DNA of 64,000 nucleotides, from IMG/VR virus record IMGVR_UViG_3300016472_000494; one strand, written 5' to 3'. Shown in pieces: positions 18,691-28,041 of the stretch (its first letter is position 1; each line of letters begins with the position of its first letter). The position numbers and the translations under genes were made by a program. A model generated the notes under the pieces. That model worked only from the letters and a program-made list of their open reading frames with translations, was not told the DNA's origin and searched no databases. Origin of the DNA: a virus (Duplodnaviria; Heunggongvirae; Uroviricota; Caudoviricetes).

Positions 18691-19322
18691 TGTTTACCTT
18701 TTGAAATGAGTTGGTTTAGCCATTTTTTGTTACTCATAGGAACATTCTGCAACATGCAATACAGATCACGAATGGTCATTGAAGAGTAATGATTGTCATC
18801 TTTGTCAACAAAAAGTTCTGACAGTTCTTCTTCCATGTTAAAAAGACCTGTAGCATCGTCATTGTCAATTGCATTTCCTAAAAATGCAGGTTTTGAAGAA
18901 ATTTCAGGAGTCAGTGCTCTTGCGTCAGTTCGGTTTACAAGATCAAAGTCAGACAACTTTACAGCATAAGTAGAAGTTGAAAGCTTGTCAGAAAGAACTT
19001 CAACATATTTGCTAGTTTCTAAACTCCAGTTAGGATTAAACTTTAGCCTGTAAAGTGTGCGATGTTGTGGATCATAATAATTCTGATTCCAGTCAAACAG
19101 TTCTAAGTAATAATCTTGACCACTGTTAAGTTCATTAGGAAAGAAACGTACACAAGGAACACGAGTGCCATCATTGCTGAACTCTATACCCATGTAGCAC
19201 AGCTTAGCGCCAAATTTAGGGTTGCTCAAGCCCATGTTATCAAAGAGCGGTTGCCAAAAAGTACGATACTCTGCTGTAATCACAGGTATTTGTTTTTTTG
19301 GCTTTTCAACACTTGTTGTCAT
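18672..19322 (-). CDS. hypothetical protein
   Basis: 216 aa between the Sak4-like and helicase genes. Confidence 0.45.
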   Translation of the reverse strand: MTTSVEKPKKQIPVITAEYRTFWQPLFDNMGLSNPKFGAKLCYMGIEFSNDGTRVPCVRFFPNELNSGQDYYLELFDWNQNYYDPQHRTLYRLKFNPNWSLETSKYVEVLSDKLSTSTYAVKLSDFDLVNRTDARALTPEISSKPAFLGNAIDNDDATGLFNMEEELSELFVDKDDNHYSSMTIRDLYCMLQNVPMSNKKWLNQLISKGKQWQQQK

Positions 19323-19347
19323 AGAAAATTGTTTTTTTTTTGTTAAG

Positions 19348-20427
19348 TTATTTTTTAGGAATCATTCTTGGTATTGGTGCTTCAGTTATTGTCATAGTTT
19401 CATATTGAGCTTTGTACCAGTGTATTGCAGGTTCACCAAATCGATTTTTAAGCACGTGCATTGCTAATAGGTATTTGTCAGTAATTTCAAAACGCTGTGG
19501 TCCATAAAGAGCCAGGTTATATTTTGCAGGACGGTTGTATGCAATCATAACATCTGCACACTGCAAAAGATAATCACTGCCAAATACATCAGCCTCTGTG
19601 GGATAATTGCTCAGCATTCCTGGTTTTTGACGTTCTGCGTCATCAATGTCACGATTTAGCTGAGTCAAAATCAAAAATGTAACAGGAAGCCTGTTCTTCA
19701 TCTCTGTCAGCATGGTTGCTAAGTTTTGCAAGGTTTGCTGTCTGCTGGTTTCAGAAGCTCCTTGCTTTACAAGCAAAGTATGGTCAAGAGTAACTACCAC
19801 CGGTTTTCTTATCTCAGTGTAAAAACTTATAATTGCAGCTTGCATTTCATTGACAGTAAGCGCTTTGTCAATAATGTACTCCTGTCTTTCTCTTTGAGTA
19901 GAGGCATATCTCTCAAGTTTTTTTAAGTCTTCACTTTTGAGAGGTGGAAGACCATCATCTTGGGCGCTTTGCATGTAGCGAATGTTCAAGTTGGTAGCAC
20001 TTGAAAGTTCTCGCATAGCCATGTTGCGTCCAAGCATTTCAAATTGAAAATGCAACACTGCAAAGTTTTGGTCGTGATTAAGCACCTGAAGCTCTCTAGT
20101 TAAAGATGCTGCTATAAGTGTTTTACCAACACCAGGTCTTGCAGCAATTACGTACAGTGACTGCCACTCAATGCCGTTTAAACCTATCTTGTTAAAAGTA
20201 GGCCATTGAGTTTTCAGTGACTTGAGTGAACCATCAGAACGCCTTGTAAGATAATCAATGCTCTCAGACATAATATCTCCATAGCGTTTCCAGGGTTTTT
20301 TGGTGGTAGCATCAACTGGTGATGCTGAATGTGTCATAGTTAATGGTGGTTTTGAAGCGTTTGAAGATATAGGTGCCTCTGCATTAACAGACTTAAACAT
20401 AAATAGGATACTGGGATAAGAGTTCAA
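19348..20427 (-). CDS. DnaB-like replicative helicase (C-terminal RecA-like domain form)
   Basis: 359 aa; Walker A AARPGVGKT in DnaB-like context (VIAARPGVGKTLIAASLT), Walker B VVTLDHTLLV. Confidence 0.6.
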   Translation of the reverse strand: MNSYPSILFMFKSVNAEAPISSNASKPPLTMTHSASPVDATTKKPWKRYGDIMSESIDYLTRRSDGSLKSLKTQWPTFNKIGLNGIEWQSLYVIAARPGVGKTLIAASLTRELQVLNHDQNFAVLHFQFEMLGRNMAMRELSSATNLNIRYMQSAQDDGLPPLKSEDLKKLERYASTQRERQEYIIDKALTVNEMQAAIISFYTEIRKPVVVTLDHTLLVKQGASETSRQQTLQNLATMLTEMKNRLPVTFLILTQLNRDIDDAERQKPGMLSNYPTEADVFGSDYLLQCADVMIAYNRPAKYNLALYGPQRFEITDKYLLAMHVLKNRFGEPAIHWYKAQYETMTITEAPIPRMIPKK

Positions 20428-20432
20428 ATATA

Positions 20433-20478
20433 CAAATACTGTAGAACATAAACAAGTGAACGTCTACAAAATAGTCAA
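20433..20478 (-). promoter_or_regulatory. Bacteroidetes-type promoter elements upstream of the helicase gene
   Basis: minus-strand TATATTTG (TAnnTTTG) ~10 nt and TATTTTGTAGAC ~35 nt upstream of the ATG at 20427. Confidence 0.4.
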
Positions 20479-20485
20479 ATTGTCA

Positions 20486-21241
20486 TTACTGCCAGTTTAT
20501 TTCAGGTTTTCCCAATGCGCGCAGGTTATTGTTGACTTTGTTGAATATATCCTCACAATTCCAATGTTGTTCTCGCTGGTAAGCTGCAGACGCAGGGTGA
20601 GAAGCATAGAGTTTAATGTGGTGATCTCCAATAAGATCACTATATTCTTGTGCTTTTTTGCCCAAAAACACCCATATTATGTCCTTTTTTTGGGTATTTA
20701 ACATGTCAAACAAATACCCTATTAAACTTTTCCACAATTCTAAGTGTTTACCAATTTTACCTATCTCTGTTGTCAGAGAGGTGTTCAACATAAGAATACC
20801 TTGCCTGGACCAATTGGATAGGTCTGGACTAAGCTCTTTGACAGTTATTTTACCTTCGTAAACAGTGTCAATTATTGCCCTTTGCATGTATCGCAAGGAT
20901 GCTTCAGGTTTCATTGTGTTGCTACAACTAAATGCAATGCCGTCTGCTACACCCATTTGTGGATATGGATCTTGCCCTACAAAAACTACTTTAAGTTCTG
21001 CAATAGGACACTCTTGAAAAGCTCTAAAAACCTGTCTTAAAGGAGGTGTAAAACGCTTATTATCAGCTACATACGTTTTTAAGGTTTTGATAATATTTTC
21101 AAAATCTTCTGATACCAGAAAACCTTTAAGCAAGTTGTGCCAGCCAGATGGTCTTAGCATTTCCTGCAGTTTGTCAATAACTTGCTCATGGTCAAGTGCT
21201 TGCTCATGAGTAAGTGTAGAATTTTCAATTTTATTTTGCAT
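20486..21241 (-). CDS. uracil-DNA glycosylase (family 1-like); start placed at internal Met 21241
   Basis: GQDPYP (GQDPYH motif) and HPS block; the track start 21319 would overlap the divergent + gene and its promoter, so Met at 21241 (MQNKIENS...) is preferred. Confidence 0.55.
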   Translation of the reverse strand: MQNKIENSTLTHEQALDHEQVIDKLQEMLRPSGWHNLLKGFLVSEDFENIIKTLKTYVADNKRFTPPLRQVFRAFQECPIAELKVVFVGQDPYPQMGVADGIAFSCSNTMKPEASLRYMQRAIIDTVYEGKITVKELSPDLSNWSRQGILMLNTSLTTEIGKIGKHLELWKSLIGYLFDMLNTQKKDIIWVFLGKKAQEYSDLIGDHHIKLYASHPASAAYQREQHWNCEDIFNKVNNNLRALGKPEINWQ

Positions 21242-21270
21242 AATGTGTAGAACTTGTGTTTTTTTGATTG

Positions 21271-21290
21271 TATTTTTGTAGACTATAATC
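21271..21290 (+). promoter_or_regulatory. -7 promoter element TATTTTTG plus GTAGAC, 20 nt upstream of the ATG at 21298
   Basis: tatttttgtagactataatc; TAnnTTTG consensus. Confidence 0.4.
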
Positions 21291-21297
21291 AAATCCC

Positions 21298-21624
21298 ATG
21301 GAAAACCAAAACAGCACATCTAGCACAGGTTCTGTAATGATTGATGTCATTAAACCTGAAACTTTGGTCAGTATCTCAATGAGTTCTGGCTATTATAGGA
21401 AAATTCAAAGCGCTCTTGCGTTCTTTATTTCTGGTAAATCAACAGAAGAACTTAATAGCGCACATCAACAGATTTCTTCCCAGGATATTACAGAAGAGTG
21501 GGTAAGTCACTATGAAACACTGTTAATCTTAGCAAAAGAATTTGAAGATGTTGCTAGAAAAGAAGGGTTCATTGTGCAAGTCACACAAGAGAAGGCAGCA
21601 GAAATGCTGAAAGAGTCTCTTTAA
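21298..21624 (+). CDS. hypothetical protein (lone + gene in a - block)
   Basis: 108-aa ORF with its own TAnnTTTG element. Confidence 0.4.
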   Translation: MENQNSTSSTGSVMIDVIKPETLVSISMSSGYYRKIQSALAFFISGKSTEELNSAHQQISSQDITEEWVSHYETLLILAKEFEDVARKEGFIVQVTQEKAAEMLKESL

Positions 21625-22013
21625 ACAAGGTGATGGCCAAGCAAATGACCTATTTCAATGCATGTGTCTATTGCTTTTGACAATTCATTCTTACTGCAAT
21701 CTGCAAAACTTTTGAGCTTCCAGTCCTGAGAGCGGGTCCCTGTAACAACATGGAGACCCGCTTTTCTTTTTACTTCATCTTTGATTTCATCAAAGGTGTG
21801 ACCTGTAAATTCTGCAAGTTCTCTCATCATTGTGTGAATCCTTGCAAGTTGAGGTAGTGTTTTGTCATTTTTTGAAGCTAAAGACATGTACACTTCAATA
21901 GTGCTATTTTCTTTTAAAGCCATCTTAAACTGTTTCAGCTTGCCCATTTCTCTTTCAGAGGCTGGAATAAGCTGCCCATTTTTTTTGACAAATGTAAGAG
22001 TAGTGCTATGCAT
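21621..22013 (-). CDS. hypothetical protein
   Basis: 130 aa. Confidence 0.45.
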   Translation of the reverse strand: MHSTTLTFVKKNGQLIPASEREMGKLKQFKMALKENSTIEVYMSLASKNDKTLPQLARIHTMMRELAEFTGHTFDEIKDEVKRKAGLHVVTGTRSQDWKLKSFADCSKNELSKAIDTCIEIGHLLGHHLV

Positions 22014-22027
22014 CTGTTGATGTTAAT

Positions 22028-23137
22028 TTAAAACATAGGATCCATGTAGATTATTTTTTCAGAGTCTAAGTCTCTGAGCGCTTCACCCACCCACTCTGCG
22101 TCTATTGTGTCTTGATACATTAGGATGTGCACAGTAGCTTTTTTGTCAGGGCTTAAACGCAGAAGCCTGCCCAATCTCTGAGAACTTTTACGCTCATTAC
22201 TGTAAGCGTGCAGAATAATTCCTGCGCCCAGTTCTGGAATATTCACACCTTCGTTTAACTGCTGCACACAAGAAAGCTGCAATACTTTGCCAGTCTTGAA
22301 CATCTCAAGATTGGTTTCGCTCTCAGGGTTTTTGCTGTGATAAGAAAGCGTACACACCCTGTCTGCTTGTTCTGTAGTGTTGCAAAACACCAGGCATTTT
22401 TCATGAATCATGTTTAGCAGCCTTCTTGCATAACGTTCTTTTGATGAAAATTGCATGAGTGCTTGCATGCGCATGATGCGAAAGATTTTTTGCTGGGTGC
22501 TATTAGGGTTTGCACTTAAAATCCTGTCTGTCCAATACTGATAGTTGGCTTGCTCAGAAGTCATAAAATAACCACCTTTTTTAAGCTGTACGCGATGATT
22601 CTTTACAGTGTCTAAAGGAATGGTGTGTACAACAACCCGATAGTCATTGAGGATCTTGTCCTCTACGGCATCATCAGTGATGTAAGTGTAAACGATAGGG
22701 CAGTACTTTGACACCATCTCACCCTTTTCTGATTTTTTGAAACGCGGTGGTGTGCCGGTCAAACCCAGGATCTTGCCTGGAAAAGTTGACAGATAAAAAT
22801 CGTGAGTGTACAGCATACTGTGACACTCATCTAGGTAAACCACATCATAGTCCCTAGTCTTTTTGCTCAAAGACAGGTAAGTGGTAAATTCAATATGTTC
22901 CAGCAAGTGGCTGAGTCCAAACTTTTCAGCATCTTCTTTCCAGGACTCAAAGATGCTGACCTTTGGGGCTACGACCAGAAACTTTCTGTAGCCGTTAGCG
23001 TACTCCTGCTCCATGTGACGCAGCCCTATAAGAGTCTTTCCAACTCCCATACTTATAGCCAACCCAGAACGATACTTGTTGTGTATCGCTCTGAGGGCTT
23101 CTTGCTGAATCAACTCACGTTTGGTTAATTCAGTCAT
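22028..23137 (-). CDS. superfamily-2 DNA/RNA helicase (DEAH-like)
   Basis: 369 aa; Walker A ISMGVGKT, motif II VVYLDECHSM, SAT-like TGTP, C-terminal helicase domain blocks. Confidence 0.6.
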   Translation of the reverse strand: MTELTKRELIQQEALRAIHNKYRSGLAISMGVGKTLIGLRHMEQEYANGYRKFLVVAPKVSIFESWKEDAEKFGLSHLLEHIEFTTYLSLSKKTRDYDVVYLDECHSMLYTHDFYLSTFPGKILGLTGTPPRFKKSEKGEMVSKYCPIVYTYITDDAVEDKILNDYRVVVHTIPLDTVKNHRVQLKKGGYFMTSEQANYQYWTDRILSANPNSTQQKIFRIMRMQALMQFSSKERYARRLLNMIHEKCLVFCNTTEQADRVCTLSYHSKNPESETNLEMFKTGKVLQLSCVQQLNEGVNIPELGAGIILHAYSNERKSSQRLGRLLRLSPDKKATVHILMYQDTIDAEWVGEALRDLDSEKIIYMDPMF

Positions 23138-23149
23138 TATGATTTTGTA

Positions 23150-23467
23150 TTAGTTATCTTTTACTTTACGCGATTTTTGTGGCGCAGGTGTTTTGCGGAC
23201 ACCAGAGGTTTCTTCTGTTTTTACTGGAGAAAGCTTTTGCATTTCTGTTACAGGTTTGTCAGAAACACTTGTTTGACTTTGTGCAGTCTTACCGCGTTCT
23301 TCCAAGATTCTGTCTTTGTCAATCCAGTAGATACCTAACAGCGTTGAACAAAGAAATCTGCGTAGTGCAGAAGGTTTTTTTTCAGTCCATAATAACAGAC
23401 CTTTTTCATCTTGTGCGTCTTGTTTAGTAGTTGCACCAATGATGTAGTAGCCAATGAATTTTTTCAT
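23150..23467 (-). CDS. hypothetical basic protein (start trimmed to Met 23467)
   Basis: the track ORF extends to 23545 and overlaps the next gene by 52 nt; the internal Met MKKFIGYYIIG gives 105 aa without overlap. Confidence 0.35.
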   Translation of the reverse strand: MKKFIGYYIIGATTKQDAQDEKGLLLWTEKKPSALRRFLCSTLLGIYWIDKDRILEERGKTAQSQTSVSDKPVTEMQKLSPVKTEETSGVRKTPAPQKSRKVKDN

Positions 23468-23493
23468 AAAAAGTGTGAAGTGTTTTTTTAGGG

Positions 23494-23841
23494 TTAGAGT
23501 ATAGACCAGTCTTCCGCAAGCATATCTGTCTGAGATGCCAGCCAACCGGTGAGAATTTTCTTGTCAGCAGTAAACATTCTGATGCTGCCAAGTGCCTCAA
23601 AAGTCTCTCCTCCTACCTGCTCTTCAATAACCTGGCGAAGCACGGGGTCATGAATGGCTTTTGTGGGAACAGTTTCTGCTGGAAGCAAAAACAAAAACAT
23701 ATTCTTGCCATTCCAGCCACTGCGTGCAACACGGTGTCCTTGTTTAAGCGCCTCAAGGGCTTCTCCAAAAGTGCCTTTGCCAAGGTGAAGTAGACCTAAA
23801 AGTCCAAAACCAAAAGGTCCAGATGATTCTGATTGTTCCAT
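23494..23841 (-). CDS. DUF2829 / Tad2-like protein (candidate anti-Thoeris cyclic-nucleotide sponge)
   Basis: core TFGEALEALKQGHRVARSGWNGKNMFLFLL matches the DUF2829 N-terminal signature (FxEALxALKxGkkV.R.GWNGK); start is uncertain (Met at 23841 used; the track extends to 23889). Confidence 0.5.
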   Translation of the reverse strand: MEQSESSGPFGFGLLGLLHLGKGTFGEALEALKQGHRVARSGWNGKNMFLFLLPAETVPTKAIHDPVLRQVIEEQVGGETFEALGSIRMFTADKKILTGWLASQTDMLAEDWSIL

Positions 23842-23849
23842 TACGTTTT

Positions 23850-24025
23850 TAAGATTTTGACTTAGAGTAGATAGACCATACAATAGCAATAGAGGCTAAT
23901 ACTGCACCTGTCAGTTCCTGCACCTGATCATCAGAAGCCCACCCATTGGTGGCCAAAATAGCACCAAATGCAGAAAAAAGGTGTCTAACCACACCAAGCC
24001 ATTGTTCAAGAGTTAAGTTTTTCAT
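23850..24025 (-). CDS. small membrane protein (58 aa)
   Basis: MKNLTLEQWLGVVRHLFSAFGAILATNGWASDDQVQELTGAVLASIAIVWSIYSKSKS; two hydrophobic segments; below the track cutoff. Confidence 0.25.
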
Positions 24026-24045
24026 AAGATTATTGTTTAATAAGG

Positions 24046-24462
24046 TTAAACTCTGGATTCTGTGAGAAACATTTCTTTAGCGTCAGCGGGGTGTTCCTCA
24101 ACCCACCGGTGACAGCTTAAACACAAAGGGATCCAGGTAGTACTGTCTAAGTAATACTTACCACGACCACGCATGTGATGTATTGTCAAGTCTTGTCCTG
24201 TGTGATAAGTGCAGACATGCAGCTTGGCCCTACAGGTGCTGTTTTCTGGTTGATCCAGGAACTGTCTTCTAAGTTTGGAGTACAGCTGATCCAATGGCTT
24301 GCGTTTGTCAGAAACAGGCTTGATCAGTTTTGATGTAACTGGCTTTGCATCAGGCCTTTTCTTCATCCAGCAATCTTTACAGAATTTCTGTCCTTCAAAA
24401 TTTTTCCAGATAAGTCTATCCTCCCCACAGCCAGCGCAAGGCTTGAGTTTTGCTTTAATCAT
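24046..24462 (-). CDS. HNH endonuclease
   Basis: 138 aa; N-terminal CxxC...CxxC zinc ribbon, HNH core TIHHMRGRG...LCLSCHRWVEEH. Confidence 0.55.
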   Translation of the reverse strand: MIKAKLKPCAGCGEDRLIWKNFEGQKFCKDCWMKKRPDAKPVTSKLIKPVSDKRKPLDQLYSKLRRQFLDQPENSTCRAKLHVCTYHTGQDLTIHHMRGRGKYYLDSTTWIPLCLSCHRWVEEHPADAKEMFLTESRV

Positions 24463-24489
24463 GACATACGCGCTTACGTTAGCGGCTTC

Positions 24490-24786
24490 TTAAATATCAT
24501 CAGGTCCTGTATAATCAATATCATTAAGCTTTTCCTCAGATGGAATGTCTGTGAGTTCTTTTATGCCAAGCTCTTCTTCAATGCTTGGTTCTTCAAAAAA
24601 ATCAAAGTCATCATAATCAGCTTTTTCGTTGCTTGGACCATGTCTAAGGACACTTAAGGCAAAAGGGTCGTTAACCTCTTCACCAATGTTGTATGCCATA
24701 AACATATTAAGTTCATCATCGCTCATACTGAGGTATTGCTCTAGTGAAATCTCTATACACTTTCCGTTAGGTAGTTGGTATAGCAT
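24490..24786 (-). CDS. acidic hypothetical protein (ATG start at 24786; the track ORF begins at a TTG at 24846)
   Basis: the track ORF start codon is TTG; the first ATG gives 98 aa and leaves two TATATTGTAGAA promoter-like copies (24821-24864) upstream. Confidence 0.4.
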   Translation of the reverse strand: MLYQLPNGKCIEISLEQYLSMSDDELNMFMAYNIGEEVNDPFALSVLRHGPSNEKADYDDFDFFEEPSIEEELGIKELTDIPSEEKLNDIDYTGPDDI

Positions 24787-24889
24787 TTTAAGTAGGCAAA
24801 TAGTTGCCACTAAAATACTATATATTGTAGAAATGCACTTCTGCAAATATACATATTGTAGAAGTATTTTGCACTATATTGCTATGATT

Positions 24890-25258
24890 TTAAATATCAG
24901 CTTTTGATAAAAAGTTTGCAACAAAGTCTTCAAAAGAATTTTTAATTTTATAGTGTTTGTCAGTTGCAGTTTGCAATGATATTTTTTGAGTTATTGTATC
25001 AACTGTGATAAGCAAATTTATATCTGCGTATAGTTGCGTACCTATACCAAAACCAGTATCAGTATTCCAGCACTCAACTGGTACCATTTTACAAAACACC
25101 ATTTTTGCAAGATAATCAGGGTCATCCCAGCGTTGGCGCATTGATAGCACACTGTGTACATCATTAACTAAAGAACCAGCACCACTGTGTGTGTACAGAT
25201 AGACTCGCCCATAGGGTCCTACAATTTCTACCTGGCCGCTGTTTTTGTTGATATTCAT
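24890..25258 (-). CDS. hypothetical protein
   Basis: 122 aa. Confidence 0.45.
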   Translation of the reverse strand: MNINKNSGQVEIVGPYGRVYLYTHSGAGSLVNDVHSVLSMRQRWDDPDYLAKMVFCKMVPVECWNTDTGFGIGTQLYADINLLITVDTITQKISLQTATDKHYKIKNSFEDFVANFLSKADI

Positions 25259-25330
25259 GTCACAAATTTTTTAAATATTTGTGACAAAAGAGCCTTACTT
25301 AAAAAGCTCTTTTGCCATCAAATACTGTTG

Positions 25331-25750
25331 TTAATTTCCTGTAGAACCAAATCCTCCTGCTGATCTTTCTGTGTCAGAAAGAGTATCTGTTTCTTCAAAT
25401 TCCACTTGAGGATAAGGAATGATCATCAGCTGCACGATTCTGTCACCAACCTGGTAGTGGTTTTTATCCATACCTCTCCAGTTGAAAGTAGCCATAATCT
25501 CACCACGGTATCCTGAGTCAATCACCCCTACTGAATTGCTCAGTGAAAGGTTCTTGTTGCGTACAGAGCTGCGTGGGAAGATGAGTCCTACATATCCTTC
25601 AGGGATTTCAACAGCAAGACCAGTTCTGTAGTGCACCTGTTCTTGTTGTATATCAATTGCAATTGCTTGTAGATCCATGCCAGCATCTCCAGGTTTTGCA
25701 TAGCTGGGTATGACAGCGTTAGGATGTAGCTTTTTTATTCTGATTTTCAT
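25331..25750 (-). CDS. dut: dUTP diphosphatase (trimeric dUTPase)
   Basis: 139 aa; five dUTPase motifs: AGMDL, PRSS, GVIDSGYRGEI, GDRIVQL, RSAGGFGSTG. Confidence 0.9.
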   Translation of the reverse strand: MKIRIKKLHPNAVIPSYAKPGDAGMDLQAIAIDIQQEQVHYRTGLAVEIPEGYVGLIFPRSSVRNKNLSLSNSVGVIDSGYRGEIMATFNWRGMDKNHYQVGDRIVQLMIIPYPQVEFEETDTLSDTERSAGGFGSTGN

Positions 25751-25910
25751 TTCTATTATTTATTTCAAGTTGGACAATATGTTTTTTTTCAAAAGCTATT
25801 TTTTTACTTTCTATTCCAAAGTCAGAACACCAGCACATATTTGAATACTCCTGGTGTAATTGTGTAATGCTTAATTTTCTAAGCCATTCAGTATATTGAA
25901 CATTATCCAT
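25719..25910 (-). CDS. small hypothetical protein
   Basis: 63 aa; TATTTTGTAGAC promoter-like element ~35 nt upstream (25941-25952). Confidence 0.25.
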   Translation of the reverse strand: MDNVQYTEWLRKLSITQLHQEYSNMCWCSDFGIESKKIAFEKKHIVQLEINNRNENQNKKATS

Positions 25911-26005
25911 TAGGTACAGTAAAGTTTTACAAATATGATAAAAGTCTACAAAATAAGCAAACTGAAAAGAGGGTTGCCCCTCTCTTCAGTGCTTATCTGT
26001 ATGTT

Positions 26006-26257
26006 TTAGTCAAAAATCCTTGAAACAGAGTTGTCAAAAGGGTTAAACTCTACCTGGTTGGTCTTGTAATAGACACCAGCAGGCAAACGAATAGTACCAT
26101 GTTCTTCATGAGTAACAAGAGCAAACTCGTCCTTAATTTCAAATTTGATCGTTTCTTCACGCATTTCTGAAAAACTGATCTTAGAAGCAGCAATTACTGC
26201 ATGTGTATTGGCGCCCTCACCTGTGGCAAGTACAAGCCGGTCGTGTGTTTTGCTCAT
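26006..26257 (-). CDS. hypothetical protein
   Basis: 83 aa. Confidence 0.4.
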   Translation of the reverse strand: MSKTHDRLVLATGEGANTHAVIAASKISFSEMREETIKFEIKDEFALVTHEEHGTIRLPAGVYYKTNQVEFNPFDNSVSRIFD

Positions 26258-26258
26258 C

Positions 26259-26954
26259 TTAGCTTTGTGATTTTAACAGTTTCAGATACTCTTCTTTTTC
26301 AAGATGATGCAGACTGCATTCTTTAGAGCTTTTAGAAGCTTTGGCGATAATAATATCACCTTGCCTTACAATGTATTCTGGATTTGTAATATTGATTCTA
26401 AATGTCCAGGCGATAGCTTTGATAGCGTCGCGACTTTCACCAATCCACCTTGGAACATATATCCAATACTCGCGTCCTGTGGTAGTACACCAACAACGCA
26501 CCGCGTAAGCATCTGCGTTGGAGCGACGCCAGCCCTCTTTTTCTTCAGGAAAAAGCTTATCACCAGGGATTTTGTACAGTTGATACTTGTCCTGAACAGT
26601 TTCAACATAAGGATTGTCGTTGATGTCTGTCAAATTATTTTGAAACTCAATCACTTGTTCGTCTACAAGTTCTGGCTTAAGTTCTTGAAACACTTTTTCA
26701 ATACCCAGTGCCTTAAAGAAAAGCCTGCGCATCTCAAGATTTGTCTGAGACATTGCTATTGCCACTGTTGCAGGAAGAATGCTGTCCCACTCTTTGGCAC
26801 AATGCTCGCCAAAAGCTTTAAGAGGTTCTTGTGTAATTACTTTTTTTTCAAAGTCGCTGAAGTTTGGGTATGCCGTTTTCCAATACATCAGAGCGTTGTC
26901 ATAAGACACACCTGTGTGTCCTTCTACATGGTAAGTTAATTTTTCAAAGTTCAT
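26259..26954 (-). CDS. hypothetical protein
   Basis: 231 aa. Confidence 0.45.
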   Translation of the reverse strand: MNFEKLTYHVEGHTGVSYDNALMYWKTAYPNFSDFEKKVITQEPLKAFGEHCAKEWDSILPATVAIAMSQTNLEMRRLFFKALGIEKVFQELKPELVDEQVIEFQNNLTDINDNPYVETVQDKYQLYKIPGDKLFPEEKEGWRRSNADAYAVRCWCTTTGREYWIYVPRWIGESRDAIKAIAWTFRINITNPEYIVRQGDIIIAKASKSSKECSLHHLEKEEYLKLLKSQS

Positions 26955-26956
26955 GG

Positions 26957-27646
26957 TTAATCCTCCTCGTTAGTTTCTTCAAGCATTTCTTCAAGACAAA
27001 CATCTATATCACGTGGGTCGTAGACATGTACACTGTAACAGTATTCTTCAATTACACCTACTAAATACTCTCCTTCTTCTGTAAGATTTTCTCTTTCAAA
27101 AGTCACCCACTGATAAGAACTTACAATTTCTTCGTCTGTAGATCCTTCTACTTGTTCTGAAACTGCTTCAAATTCTTTTGTAAGTTGTTCTTCAAGAATT
27201 TTTTGTACAACAACTCTTTCAGGATGGTCAAAACCATTGGCTATTGTCAAGTTAACATTAGATGTATTGCTTTCATTAGCCTCAATCAATACTCTGTCAA
27301 AAGGAATGTGTTTTGGAATTTTAACTGTGATGTGACAGTCAAAAGTTTTTCCTTCTTCTTCAGAATAATTATCTTCACCTTGAAAAGACTTTGTGATAGG
27401 ATCGTAAGTTGCACTGCCTGAAGCACTAAATTCTCCTGCCCACGATCCATAATCTAACTGGCTATGCATCATGTCCACTAAAGCTTCTGCTTCAGGTTTT
27501 GATGTTTGTTTGCCATCAATTTCAAAGTAAACCCAGCCACTATCTCCTCCACCTTCCCACTTAATCTCAAGCAATTTGCCTTCTGCTACTTGTGCATTGC
27601 ACCAGTTCATCAGGTCTTTTATTGTAAAATCTTTTGTTTTACTCAT
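26957..27646 (-). CDS. acidic hypothetical protein
   Basis: 229 aa, Glu/Asp-rich. Confidence 0.45.
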   Translation of the reverse strand: MSKTKDFTIKDLMNWCNAQVAEGKLLEIKWEGGGDSGWVYFEIDGKQTSKPEAEALVDMMHSQLDYGSWAGEFSASGSATYDPITKSFQGEDNYSEEEGKTFDCHITVKIPKHIPFDRVLIEANESNTSNVNLTIANGFDHPERVVVQKILEEQLTKEFEAVSEQVEGSTDEEIVSSYQWVTFERENLTEEGEYLVGVIEEYCYSVHVYDPRDIDVCLEEMLEETNEED

Positions 27647-28041
27647 GGTAATTTAGGTTGTTTATGTGTAACAAAATCAGACTTTTCTTCTGTCATTTGC
27701 TTAAGCATTTTTCTACCGTCTCCTGGCTTATACATCCAGCCTACAATAGTCATGTTGTCAAGGTAGTCTTTGATGGTTGGTATCCATCCTAAGTCTTCTT
27801 TAATGTGTTGTTCACCAATAGCTCTTACAGGGACCATGCGTCCATCAGAGTTGGTGATATAGGTGCCAAATTGTTTTTCACACCAGAAGATACCTTCTGA
27901 GTGATGGCGCAGTGCCCGGTGACGCATGTCTGGGTAGTGCGCTTTGGTTTCATCAAACCAGTTGTGAAGCGGCAGATAGTCATCTACCTGACCGCCCCAC
28001 TGTTTCTGGCTTGAAATAGCATGATGTAATGGATGGCTCAT
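27643..28041 (-). CDS. hypothetical protein
   Basis: 132 aa, His-rich N-terminal half. Confidence 0.45.
   Translation of the reverse strand: MSHPLHHAISSQKQWGGQVDDYLPLHNWFDETKAHYPDMRHRALRHHSEGIFWCEKQFGTYITNSDGRMVPVRAIGEQHIKEDLGWIPTIKDYLDNMTIVGWMYKPGDGRKMLKQMTEEKSDFVTHKQPKLP

Noticed and set aside
21242-21319. Longer 5' extension of the UDG gene overlapping the divergent gene 21298..21624 by 22 nt
   Set aside because: Head-to-head coding overlap plus overlap with the TAnnTTTG promoter element is unlikely; the internal Met gives a normal-length UDG.
24787-24846. TTG-initiated N-terminal extension of gene 24490..24846 in the ORF track
   Set aside because: The track appears to allow non-ATG starts. 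The extension would swallow the duplicated TAnnTTGTAGAA promoter-like boxes. The first ATG at 24786 is preferred.
26304-26939. 211-aa + ORF
   Set aside because: Antisense to minus gene 26259..26954 over its entire length; Cys/Phe-rich shadow-frame composition.
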